NCBI GenBank assembly: GCA_036785375.1
Contig: JAWMAR010000263.1
Location: 2,728,001-2,792,000, forward strand
From: Leucoraja ocellata
Lineage: Eukaryota
Length of the DNA: 64,000 nucleotides
Reading direction: 5' to 3'
Shown: positions 51,216 to 61,154 of the stretch, piece after piece
Layout: every line of letters starts with the position of its first letter
Position numbering within the stretch: position 1 is the stretch's first letter
Position numbers and translations under genes: made by a program
The notes under the pieces: generated by a model
The model's input: only the letters and a program-made list of their open reading frames with translations
What the model was told of the DNA's origin: nothing
The model's database searches: none

Positions 51216-51549
51216 AGCCAGCCTGGTTGTAGGTTAATTGTCCGCTGTCAATTTCTCCTTCAATAAGGCGGGCAGCGGGAGAACCAGCATGAAGATAATT
51301 GGCACGTGTGAGAAAATAGTTTACATTGAAGTAGGTGGGAGAATGTCATTGACAGGGTCACTCCGAGAAGCAGCATAGGATGAATAGCAGCATGGGATGA
51401 ATACCCTCAGGGAAGAGAGAGTCCATGTCATGATGAGATGCATCACTGGAGGTTCTGGCAAGAGCTGTTGGGTCCAGCTGCTTATCCTTCTCACAGGCCA
51501 TGAACACATATAAATAATTATGGAAGATACACACAAACTGCTGGGGTAA

Positions 51550-51815
51550 GTCCTCCTTCTGCAGTTATTCAGAGCCCCAGCAAGACCACACCTGGAGTAT
51601 TGTGTGCAGTTTTGGTCCCCTAGTTTGAGGAAGGACATTCTTGCTATTGAGGGAGTGCAGCATAGGTTTATAAGGTTAATTCCCGGGATGGCGGGACTGT
51701 CATATGCTGAGAGAATGGAGCAGCTGGGCTTGTACACTCTGGAGTTTAGAAAGATGATAACATATAATTTTGTTAAGGGTTTGGACCCGCTAGAGGCAGG
51801 AAACATGTTCCCTGA
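51550..51815 (+). mobile_element. CR1 RT C-terminal fragment
   Basis: [26 protein letters not shown]. Confidence 0.85.
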
Positions 51816-52920
51816 CTAGATTTGGTCTCAGACTGCAAAGCTCTGTAAGGGATTTGAACCAAATTCCAACTGTAAAAAGAACAGTTTGATGTGAAATGTG
51901 TATTTGGGAAACGAGGGGAAACACGGCCCTGTGACTCCGCGGAATACCTTGCCATTAGTCGCGGTGTAGCACAACCAGGCTGTGAGCAGCATCTGCAAAA
52001 TGAAGGGTAAGAAGGCATGTCAGGATTCAAAGGTATTTACCACATATTTACCAAAGGTATTAACCATAAATGTGGGATGAATATAAACGTGCCGAACATC
52101 AGTTGGGAAAGGGTGCAGAGAAGCTGAAGATGACCAAGGTGTGAAGTTGTAGTCAAGGACAATCCGAAAATAACCACAAGTTCTGGAATGGGGACAGTCT
52201 TGCAAAATTAACTACATGTTCTCCAGAGATACTGCCTGGCACACTGAGTTACTCCAGAACTTTAAAGGAGGTTGATGGTGCCATTTAGGCTTTTAGTGAT
52301 ATGCAGGAAAAGAAGGGATATGGATCACGCACAGGCAGATGAGATTAGTTTATATTGGCATCATGTTCAGCACATTGTGGCCCGTAGGACCTGTTCATCT
52401 GCTGTGCTGTTTAATGTTCAAATTCATACATTCTATGAAGAAGAAAAGCTTTTAACCTGTAATGAACTGAATGAAACCAAATTGAATCCACAGATGGAGC
52501 TGGAAGATACATAGAAACAGATCTAATACTTGGGAAATGCCAGAGCAGCCATCAGCTGAACAGATGGGAAAGCAGAAGGTTTCAAAGGAGAGCATCCAAC
52601 AATGCGGTCTTGTACAATGCAAAGCAATGCATGGGAGTGGGGATTTAAAATGGAATTCCAACTATGGGAGGGGTAGCAAGGACAAACACTGCTGTCAGAC
52701 GGTTCGATCTGCACCGTATACTGGAGAAAAACTGATATGGGCATGCAGCAGAGTGAGAACATTGTTTGTCAACAGTCTTCCACACAAAATGATGCTGCTT
52801 CATCTTCAAGGACACTAAATGAATTATAGTTCTTGGCTGTAAGGTTTGTATACGTATTGTACAACGGAACGAGTGATCATGGAATGAGTATGATAACTGC
52901 AGATGCTGGTTTGAATTGAC

Positions 52921-53078
52921 GGTAGACACAAAATGCTGGAGTAACTCAGCGGGACAGACAGCATCTCTGGAGAGAAGGAATGGGTGACGTTTCGGGTCGA
53001 AACCCAAAACGTCACCCATTCCTTCTCCCCACAGATGCTGCTTGTCTCGCTGAGTTACTCCAGCATGTTGTGTCTACC
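52921..53078. repeat. 158-bp fold-back palindrome derived from Penelope pseudo-LTR
   Basis: Left arm ggtagacacaaaatgctggagtaactcagcgggacag...gggtgacgttt is the reverse complement of the right arm aaacgtcaccc...gctgagttactccagcatgttgtgtctacc. Confidence 0.85.
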
Positions 53079-53275
53079 ATGCAATCAGTATTGGATTGGA
53101 ACATAGATGTAGAACTTAAGGATCTGTCCATGACTATTCAAGTTGTGAAAAGCATATTCAAAATGATGGGTATGAAGGCATGTCAAGATTCAAAGGTGCT
53201 TAGCGCATTTGTGGGATGAATATAAACGTGAGTAACATCAGTTGGGAAAAGATGCAGAGAGGTTGAAGATGACCA

Positions 53276-53411
53276 CTTCTTTTTGCGTATGGCGTGCAAA
53301 GCCTAAAGTTGTACGACAACATGTTCTGTTTGATCTTTTGTTTGTGCGTGCCAGGTGGATTGGATTCGTTGAAACAAGGTGGATCACGTGAAGGTTGCAA
53401 TCTCCCACCCC
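53276..53411 (-). mobile_element. ~136-bp non-autonomous retroelement (Vingi/Ingi-like) with 5' HDV-like ribozyme
   Basis: Minus strand starts GGGGTGGGAGATTGCAACCTTCACGTG... and ends ...ACGCCATACGCAAAAAGAAG. Flanked by a 10-bp TSD with one mismatch, aagatgacca (53266-75) / aagatcacca (53412-21). Confidence 0.8.
53358..53411 (-). ncRNA. Minimal HDV-like ribozyme motif (slightly decayed copy)
   Basis: P1 GGGGUGG/CCACCUU, P2 GAUUGCA/UCCAAUC (1 mismatch), P3 ACC/GAU (1 mismatch), L3 UUCACGU, G for P1.1, tiny P4, J4/2 CGAA retaining the catalytic C. Confidence 0.7.
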
Positions 53412-54269
53412 AAGATCACCACAAGTTATGGTTAACCAGGATGAAATCCAATCGCTGAGGCCCCAGTGGAAAGGAGGTTGATTACAAATGCTGATGGAAA
53501 CAAGAAATAAACACTGAGTGAATGAAAGAAGATTAAAAAGAACATGGAACATAACTTCCATTATTCATGTTACTCTTCACAGCCAGATCAGCGTGCTTCG
53601 GGAACAGTGAATTAGAAATACGTACAGTCCATGAAAGAAGGCCCAGCAATTATTCATAGATTTATATGGCACGAAAAGATACCCTTCTGTCAAACTTGTC
53701 TATGCCAAACAGGATGCTACATCTAAGCTGGACCCATTTATCTGTGCTTGGTCCATATCCTCCTAAATCATTCCTATCTATGTAGCTGTCCAAATCTTTT
53801 AAATGTTACTGTAACTGCCTCAAGTCATATACCCACCACCCTCTGTGTGAACAAGCTGCCTCACATGTTCCTGTTAAATCCTTTTCCTCTCATCTTAAAC
53901 CTATGCCCCCCAGTTCATGATTCCCCCACCCAGGGAAAACAGGCGAGTATCTTACTGCAGGACACCCAGCATTTGACCTATTGTCACTACAGTATTCGTA
54001 TGGTTATGCACATAAATAGGCCCTTCAGCCCAATGCATCCATGCCAACCAAATTGTCTGTCTACACTAATTCTATTTGCCCATGTTTTATCCATATCGCG
54101 CTAAACCGTGTACCCTGTCCAAATGACTTTTAAATGCTGTTATAGTACCTGTCTCAACAATGTCCTCTTGCATCCCATTCCAAATACATGCCACACTCTG
54201 TATAAAAAGTTGCCTGTCAGGTTTTTATCGAATCCTTCCCATCTCACCAAAAACCTATGTAGAATAGAT

Positions 54270-54590
54270 CATTATTAGCTCAGGGAAGGTGACAACGAGG
54301 CATGCAAAGTAAAATTTAATCACGAAGACAGTCAAACTAGTCTGAGAACTAGGATGGGGATAGAAAGAGAAAGCAAGGGTTACTTGAAGTTAGAGAAGTC
54401 AATATTCATACCGCTGGGTTTTAAGCTGCCCAAGTGAAATATGAGATGTTGTTCCTCCAATTTGCATTGGGCCTCACTCTGACAATGAAGGAGGCCCAGG
54501 CCAAAAATGTCAGTGTGGGAATGGGAGGAGGAATTAAATTGTCTTAGCACCCAGGAGATCATGTGGTCTAGGACTGAGCGGAGGTGTTCA
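54270..54590 (-). mobile_element. Penelope-like GIY-YIG C-terminal fragment
   Basis: ORF 54380-54673 ends GLLHCQSEAQCKLEEQHLIFHLGSLKPSGMNIDFSNFK. Confidence 0.75.
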
Positions 54591-55024
54591 CTACAATAAT
54601 TGTCAGTTTCAGACCAATCATAATGCATCTCACAAACTGGCTCTCTACTGCAACTTTCAAGTCCCCGAAACATCTGATTTTGGACATCTATACTATTACT
54701 AAAAGTCTCATCTTGACCACTTCCTGTCTATGTTGTAAATATATTTTGGAAAAAACGCTACCCTATATCGCTGTGATTTTTCGCCATCTTACTCACCATC
54801 TTCCTCTCCTCCAACTGCCCCAGGTTTTTTTCCAATCGGTGAAATAATAAAAAAGTTATGAATGTTTAAAAAATCATGAGATCAGCAGATTGGTCTTCTC
54901 GCCTGTCAGTCACCATGATGATGGTAACGCCTCTTCCGGGGGGCAGGAGAATAAAGCCCCGGAGGCCGGACGTGAGTCAGTCACCCCGGAAGACCGTGAG
55001 GGAGACTTGAGTGCAGAACTGTGA

Positions 55025-55151
55025 GTCTGCACTGTGCTGCTTGAACTGAACTGAAGGGTCGGTCTGCACTGTGCTGCTTGAACTGAACTGAAGGGTCGGT
55101 CTGCACTGTGCTGCTTGAAGTGAATTGAAGGGTTGGTTTGCACTGTGCTGC
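55025..55151. repeat. 37-bp minisatellite (~3.5 units)
   Basis: gtctgcactgtgctgcttgaactgaactgaagggtcg starting at 55025, 55062, 55099 and 55136. Confidence 0.9.
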
Positions 55152-55153
55152 AT

Positions 55154-55220
55154 GTCCCGCTCACTATGGAAGTCCAGCTCACAGCGGAAGTCCCGCTTAC
55201 TGCGGAAGTCCCGCTCAGAG
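55154..55220. repeat. 18-bp minisatellite (~3.5 units)
   Basis: gtcccgctcactgcggaa-like units. Confidence 0.8.
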
Positions 55221-55275
55221 GAGAGGCCGCGCTCAACCGCGTGAGTAGATTCAAGAGTTTACTGTCATATATATG

Positions 55276-55407
55276 TAGTGTGTGAGAGTGTGTGTGAGAT
55301 GGAGGGTGTGTGTGTGTGAGAGATGGAGTGTGTGTGTCTGTGAGATGGAGTGTGTGTGTGTGTGATGGAGGGTGTGTGTGTGTGATGGAGGGTGTGTGTG
55401 TGTGTGA
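55276..55407. repeat. Compound (GT)n/gatggag microsatellite
   Basis: Repeated gatggag(g)(gt)n units. Confidence 0.9.
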
Positions 55408-55465
55408 GCCCACCAGCCGTGAGTCAACTGCCAGCACACCAGAAGTGAGTCGGCCGCCACGTTTA

Positions 55466-56696
55466 TGGGCCTGTCCCACTTAGGCGACTTTTTAGGTGAT
55501 TGCAGGAGACATTGCGGTCGCCACATGTCCGCGGGTGGTTGCCGGGTAGTCACCTTCAAGGTCGTGAGGTGCTCCTGCATTCTCGGAACTAGTAGTAGCC
55601 TCATTACGGTTGCCGCAAATTTTTCAACATGTTGAAAAATTAGCGGCGACCAGAATGAAGCCGCCATGGAGAGTAGCGAGAATTCTCGTGCTGTAGGTGG
55701 GTCGCCAGGAGGTCCTAGTGGGTTGCCAGGAGGTTGAAGGTTCCCGTAGGTTGGAGCCGGTGCTGATCGTTGGCTCATTGGGGAAAAAAACGTAAACAGT
55801 AGTTTTCAGAACCAAGGATAACCGACCAACATTTAACCGATGTTAAATGTCCACCGAACTTTACAGCAGTGTGTCTCTGGCTTCTTAAAAGTTGTCTCCA
55901 CTCCTTCTCCCCCCTTCTTCCATCTCCCCCGTCTTTTAAAGGACTTGCGTGACCCTTCCCGTACACTGTGCTTGCACCGTCTTAATTACAGCGCCAACAT
56001 TCCTGTTCATCGCAGTGTGTGTCTGTATCACATTGGCTTTGCACCGTGTGAATTTCACTCAGACAGCGTTCCTCCCGCTTGCCCTGTCCCCCGCCTGCAT
56101 AACGGGCTGGTGAAGGAAGCGATGTGTGTGTGCGTGTTCCGCTCTGAACGCCGCCGTTCCAGTTGCCGATTTTTCAGTGACCTCTTACGACTTGAGTTGC
56201 TGGCAGTCGCCTGAAAAATCGCCTACAGAGGCGTCCCACTTGCATGCGATTGCGTGCGTTTGGCACGACCAACCGGAAGCGGAGGTCGCGCAAGTTCGTG
56301 CGTGACGTAATTTACGTCATGCTTACAAAACAGCTGGGCAGGAGGCGGGCCGACTGAATTTGGGCGTCGCACGGTGACCTCATCACGCAACGCCACGCCA
56401 GGCGGTGACGTCATCAAGCAACGCCACGCCGTCAAGATGCCGCGTACGACGTCAAGACGCTGCGTACGACTGCAATGCGCCTGCGTGCATATGTGGGCTG
56501 TTGGCGCGCGCAGATTTCGGTCACTGCGGGAATTTTGGAGCCCCGCCTGATGTCGGGATCAGCCCCGCACAACTCCATACCCCTCCACGCTTCTAAGTGG
56601 GACCGGCCCTGCGCGGCCATACGGTGCCCGTACGCCTCAAGCGGCCACGAGGTCGCGTAATTTGCGAGCCTAGGTCGCGTAAGTGGGACAGGCCCT
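55466..56696. mobile_element. Cluster of PIF/Harbinger-type MITEs upstream of TMA16
   Basis: gggcctgtcccactt left TIR at ~55467, a second gtcccactt at ~56233, and right TIRs aagtgggac(c/a)ggccc at ~56595 and ~56681. Confidence 0.7.
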
Positions 56697-56802
56697 TACG
56701 TTTCCTTGTAGAGCTTGACGCCTGCCTGTGTAGGAAGGAACTGCAGATGCTGGTTTACATCGAAGATAGACACAAAATGCTGGAGTGACACAGCGGGACA
56801 GA

Positions 56803-57053
56803 CAGCGTCGGCTCTGTGTCCCGGCCCCGGCCCCAGCACCGGCTCCAGCACCAGCACCAGCACCGGCCCCCATTGTCTCCAGCACCGGCACCGGCACCGG
56901 CTCCAGCACCAGCAGCGCCCACTGTGTGTCCCGGCCCCGGCCCCAGCTCCAGCACCGGCTCCAGCACGAGCACCGGCCCCCATTGTCACCAGCACCGGCA
57001 GCGTCGGCTGTGTGTCCCGGTCCCGGCTCCTTCACCCATTGTCACCAGCAGCC
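56803..57053. repeat. GC-rich hierarchical minisatellite (CCAGCA/CCGGCM hexamers in ~100-bp units)
   Basis: ctgtgtcccggccccggccccagc...cccattgtc.ccagca repeated ~2.5 times. Gives rise to spurious APAPAP/GAGAGA ORFs. Confidence 0.85.
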
Positions 57054-57104
57054 GGGGGACGGGGATCGCGGCGCACACGGGCTGCGCTTCCGGCACCAAG
57101 AGCA

Positions 57105-57107
57105 ATG
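57105..57107 (+). CDS. TMA16: TMA16 coding exon 1 (start codon only)
   Basis: GC-rich leader ...gcgcttccggcaccaagagcaATG followed directly by the donor GTGAGG at 57108. Splicing in phase 0 to exon 2 gives MPKAPK..., and an ATG-only first coding exon matches my recollection of the vertebrate TMA16 structure. Confidence 0.8.
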
Positions 57108-57138
57108 GTGAGGATGGTGGCGTCTATACCAGAGACGT

Positions 57139-57326
57139 CTCTCTCTTCTCTCTCCCCTCTCTCCCCCTTCTCTCTCTTCTCTCTTCTCTCTTCTCTCTCT
57201 CCTCTCTCCCCTCTTCTTTCTCTTCTCCCCTCTCTTCTCTCCTCTCCTCCCCCTCTCTTCTCTCCTCTCCTCTTCTCCTCTCCTCTCTTCTCCCTCTCTT
57301 TCTCCCCCTCCTCTCCCTCCCCCTCC
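57139..57326. repeat. ~190-bp pure polypyrimidine (CT-rich) tract at the start of TMA16 intron 1
   Basis: Only C and T from 57139 to 57326. Confidence 0.95.
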
Positions 57327-58372
57327 GTTTCAGTCACAGGGTCTGCACGCTGCCGTCTGATCAAATTTGGGCCGAGAGTGTAGGAAGCAACTGTAGATGC
57401 TGGTTTAAAACGAAGGCAGACACAACATGTAGGAGTAACTCAGCGGGACAGGGAGCATCTTTGAAGAGAAGGAATGGGTGATGTTTTGAGACCTTTCTTC
57501 AGACTGGGCTGAGATGTGGACCTGAGGCACCAACATGTGGGGGAGGTTTATAAGTGCAATTAAAGATGGTTGCAAGTATATCAGCCTTATCTTTTGCACT
57601 CAATATGTTGTGATCCACTGTCACTGTGAATGTTCATGTTATTGGAACCAGCACCTTCAGTTAGTTTATCATTCATATCTGCTTGTGGTAGGTAAATTCA
57701 CAGCTGCTAGAGCAGAGAACAATATAGCACAGTAACACACCCTTCAGTCCACAATATTTGTGCTGAACATGATGCCGATAAAACGATCTCATTTGTCTGT
57801 GCATGACACATATCCCTCTATTCCCTGCACTTCCAGCCTATCCATAAGCTTCTTAAACGCGACTATCGTATTTACTTCCACTACCACCCCTGTCAATGTT
57901 TTCCAAACACTCTATGTAAAAAAAAAACTTGCCCTCCCCATCTCCAATAAACTTTCCCCCTCTCACCTCATAGCTATGGCCACTAGTGTAGGACATTTCC
58001 ACCCCAGAAAAAGATTCTGACTCCCCTCTATGCTTCTCACAATTTTATATACTTCTCACAAGTCTCCTCTGACGTTCCAGTGAACAGTGAACATAATCCA
58101 AGTCCATCCAACCTCTCCCTGTAGCTGAAACTAATCGAGACAGCATTCTGGTAAACCTCTGCACCCTCTCTAAAGCATCCACATCTTTCCTGAAATGGGA
58201 TGACCAGAACTGCATGCATTGTTATATTGGGATATGGATCACTAGGCCAGGCCTTTGGATTGCTAGCCCTGTAAGATATTCCAGTGTTGTTTCTTCTCCC
58301 CGAATCTTTCACTTACAAAATATTGCTCTGTTGGAGCAGCCTGGCAAGAGGTACAGAAGTTTGAAAACACAC

Positions 58373-58683
58373 GTTTAGTTTAGTTGAGAGATACAGCGCG
58401 GAAACAGGCTCTTCGGCCCACCGAGTCCGTACCGACCAGTGATCCCCGCACATTAACGCTATCCTACACACATAAGGGACAATTTACAATTTTACCAAGC
58501 CAAATAACCTACAAATCTGTACGTCTTTTGAATATGGGAGGAAATCTGAGCACCCAGCGAAAATCCACGCAGGTCACGGAGAGAACATACAAACTCCATG
58601 CAGCCAGCACCCATAGTCAGGTTCGAACCTGGGTCTGTGGCTCTGTAACGCAGCAACTCTAAAGCTGCACCACCGTGCTGCCC
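58373..58683 (-). mobile_element. HE1-type V-SINE in TMA16 intron 1
   Basis: Reverse complement of the family pattern. Confidence 0.88.
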
Positions 58684-58909
58684 TAATGTCTTAAGTCTCA
58701 GTTTCTATTAATCCTGCCTGTGTAAGATTGCTTAGCAGCATTCTACCACTATTTGCATGATCCCAGATGCAAATAGATTTAGAATTGGATTTGAACTCAT
58801 TGTTTTCTGTTGGTTTGTTATGATTGCACTCTTTCTGTAATGTCTAATTTCCTAAGGTTAGTGGCAGCTTCTTTTATGTTACCAGGGACCAATCACATTT
58901 AAAAGTCAA

Positions 58910-59120
58910 GGCACAAAGTGCTGAAGTAATTCAGTAGATCAGGCAGCATTTCTGGAGAACAAGGATAGGTGACATTTTGGGTCGGTCCCCTTAAGTCTGA
59001 AGAGGAGACCTGACAAGAAATGTCACGTATCCATGTTCGCTAGAGTTGCTGCCTGACCCATTGAGTTACTTCAGCAATTTGTGTCGTATTTTGTAAACCA
59101 GTGTCTGCAGTTACTTGCAT
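58910..59120. repeat. Penelope-derived fold-back element (older) in TMA16 intron 1
   Basis: gctgaagtaattcag...aggcagca and tgctgcctga...gagttacttcagc inverted arms. Confidence 0.65.
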
Positions 59121-59330
59121 CCACTTTTAAAGGATCCTTGTTTGTCAGCTTCTGCAATGCTGTTAATAATTCATGTCAACCAAGGAAGACAAAAAGGGAA
59201 ATAAAAATCAAAGGATAGCTACTTGAGTACTATTGAAGAATTGAAAGCAGACCAAGAAATTCTAAGGTAGACAAAAATGCTGGAGAAACTCAGCGGGTGC
59301 AGCAGCATCTATGGAGCGAAGGAAATTGGC

Positions 59331-59358
59331 AACGTTTCGGGTCGAAACCCTTCTTCAG
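59331..59358 (-). ncRNA. Minimal hammerhead motif, antisense within TMA16 intron 1
   Basis: Minus strand CUGAAGAAGGGUUUCGACCCGAAACGUU. Confidence 0.6.
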
Positions 59359-60175
59359 ATGAGTCATACTCCAAACTAGTTTTGCCCAAAAATAAAAATG
59401 ACAGGAATAGGTGTAAAATTCCATGAACATAAATTAATATTTTACCTATATTGTAATAGTAACACATGAAAGCAAACCTTAAATTCCAGGAAAATCCAAG
59501 GACAATCTGTAAATACCTGCAATATTGTTAGTAGCAGCATTTTATTGTTGCAAGTGCACAGTAATAACTCAGGAAATTTGTAGCACAATATTATCCACGC
59601 TTATTTGCATTCTCTTAATATTGCTTGTCGCATACTTCCCTCTTTTTGTTCAGATTGAAAATGAGAACTAATTGTTACCATTTGCTGCTATAACATGATT
59701 GTACCATGCATTCATCAGCAGCCAAATATTGCATTAACTAAAAGGTCAATTAATTGTAATTTCCTCAATATTTTGCTAAACTACTTCAAAATAGAACCAG
59801 TAACCTGCCTGTATTTGATCACTGGCTAATCTTTCTGCTATTTTTGTTGCTTTTAACTAAATGAAGAATGAAGAGAACATCTGTTTCTTGTAATGAATCC
59901 ATTGCACCCAGTTTGATTGCACATTTGGAGGTTGTTCTTGCATTTTGTCAGGGCTGGTGTTGGCAACATTGCTGTTGACACTGTCAATATAGCTTTTGTA
60001 AGGAGAGTCTGAATGACACTTTCATAAATAAATCCATTTATTGCTTTATTAATACAGAAATACTAAGTTTGTTTGTTGATTGATTAATTATATGTCTCAT
60101 GAACTAAGGACATGTGAATTAAATGTTAAGTAGGACAATGTGATGTTTTTAAAAAAAATCTATATTTTTGTATAG

Positions 60176-60285
60176 CCGAAAGCACCAAAAACCAAGAAAG
60201 GGCCAGAGCAGAAGGTAATCCATCCGTACAGCAGAAAGGCTGCCCAGCTTGTGCGGGAGACACACAAACAAGAAAAGAAAGATAA
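60176..60285 (+). CDS. TMA16: TMA16 (translation machinery associated 16) exon 2
   Basis: Acceptor tttttgtatAG (60174-75) and donor GTATGT (60286), 110 nt. Encodes [36 protein letters not shown](K), matching the TMA16 N-terminal motif [12 protein letters not shown]...HKQEKK. Confidence 0.95.
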
Positions 60286-61154
60286 GTATGTAATTGCTCA
60301 ATGCATTGCTCTGTGATACATTTTTTCATTTTTTTCATTTAAAGTGCCTTTTCCTGTTTTTGTTTCCTATCGCATGTCCGTCTGTTGATCAGTAATCATG
60401 GTCTGCCATTTTGCTTTGTACCGTGCTTCATTTAACAGTGTTAATACTGATGATGGGTCTGTCAGATTTGACACATTTTTACTTTCTATCAATTATCGAT
60501 AGCATCCATTAGATCAATAATATATTATATGCAAGGTAAATTATTTGCAATTTCATTAGCTTTTTTTATAAACTGATTAGTGACAAGACCAATAACTAGT
60601 TAGCATCATCTAGGTCCAATGGAGCTATTTTTGTACTTAACAATTGGATACGGGGGAATGGTTTATGTTTTGTGACTTAATTGGGTTGACAGCATTCTCA
60701 GTACAACCACCACCATGGACTTCAAACACATATTTCTTAATAACTAAGGAAGTACTAAATGAGGAAGATGCCAATTTTTGGGTTCATTTTAAATTAAGGG
60801 CTTGTTCAGGTGGACAAAAGATCATGTCATTATTTTTGCTATTTCTATGTGCAGATTTGCTGCCATGTTATCTTATGAAAAGCAAATGGTCATGAAATAT
60901 GATGGACACTGGTGATCTGGTTAGATTTAATTTCAAAACCTACACCTTAATGCCACAGAAGCAGACATTTTGCCGGTTCTCATTATTCACCATTCACACA
61001 CATTGGTATTGTATATCCGAACGGATGAATGGGGAACCTGAATTATTGTTTTCCCTTCCAGACCACTTTGATGTGGTCAGCTGGGTGAAATTGACATTAA
61101 TACAATGCCATCTGGTATCTATCTGGTATATTTCGATCAGTACCGAGCAATGCC

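Larger units (their letters stand above)
54687..55465 (+). mobile_element. Non-autonomous Helitron, 5' portion with internal minisatellites
   Basis: A|TCTATACTATTACTAAAA start. Shares gatcagcagattggtcttctcgcctgt..agtcaccatg...gagaataaagccccgga with the 50.3-kb copy. Confidence 0.7.
56230..57135 (+). promoter_or_regulatory. CpG-rich promoter region of TMA16
   Basis: Dense CpG in an otherwise CpG-depleted window. ETS-type CTTCCGG just upstream of the ATG (~57087-57093), full CRE TGACGTCA at 56406-56413, inverted TGACGTAA-T-TTACGTCA at 56303-56319. TSS not determinable. Confidence 0.6.

Noticed and set aside
55025-55151. 37-bp direct repeats resembling a CRISPR array
   Set aside because: The units are head-to-tail with no spacers, the context is eukaryotic, and there are no cas genes.
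1-56000. Expected syntenic neighbour genes (e.g. NPY receptors) upstream of TMA16
   Set aside because: There is no long GPCR-like ORF and no recognisable exons. Very short or non-coding exons cannot be excluded by eye.
56670-57481. Several long overlapping ORFs (up to 222 aa, rich in APAPAP, GAGAGA, SL or ER repeats)
   Set aside because: They result from the GC minisatellite and CT tract lacking stops. The real coding signal is the single ATG plus splice donor.
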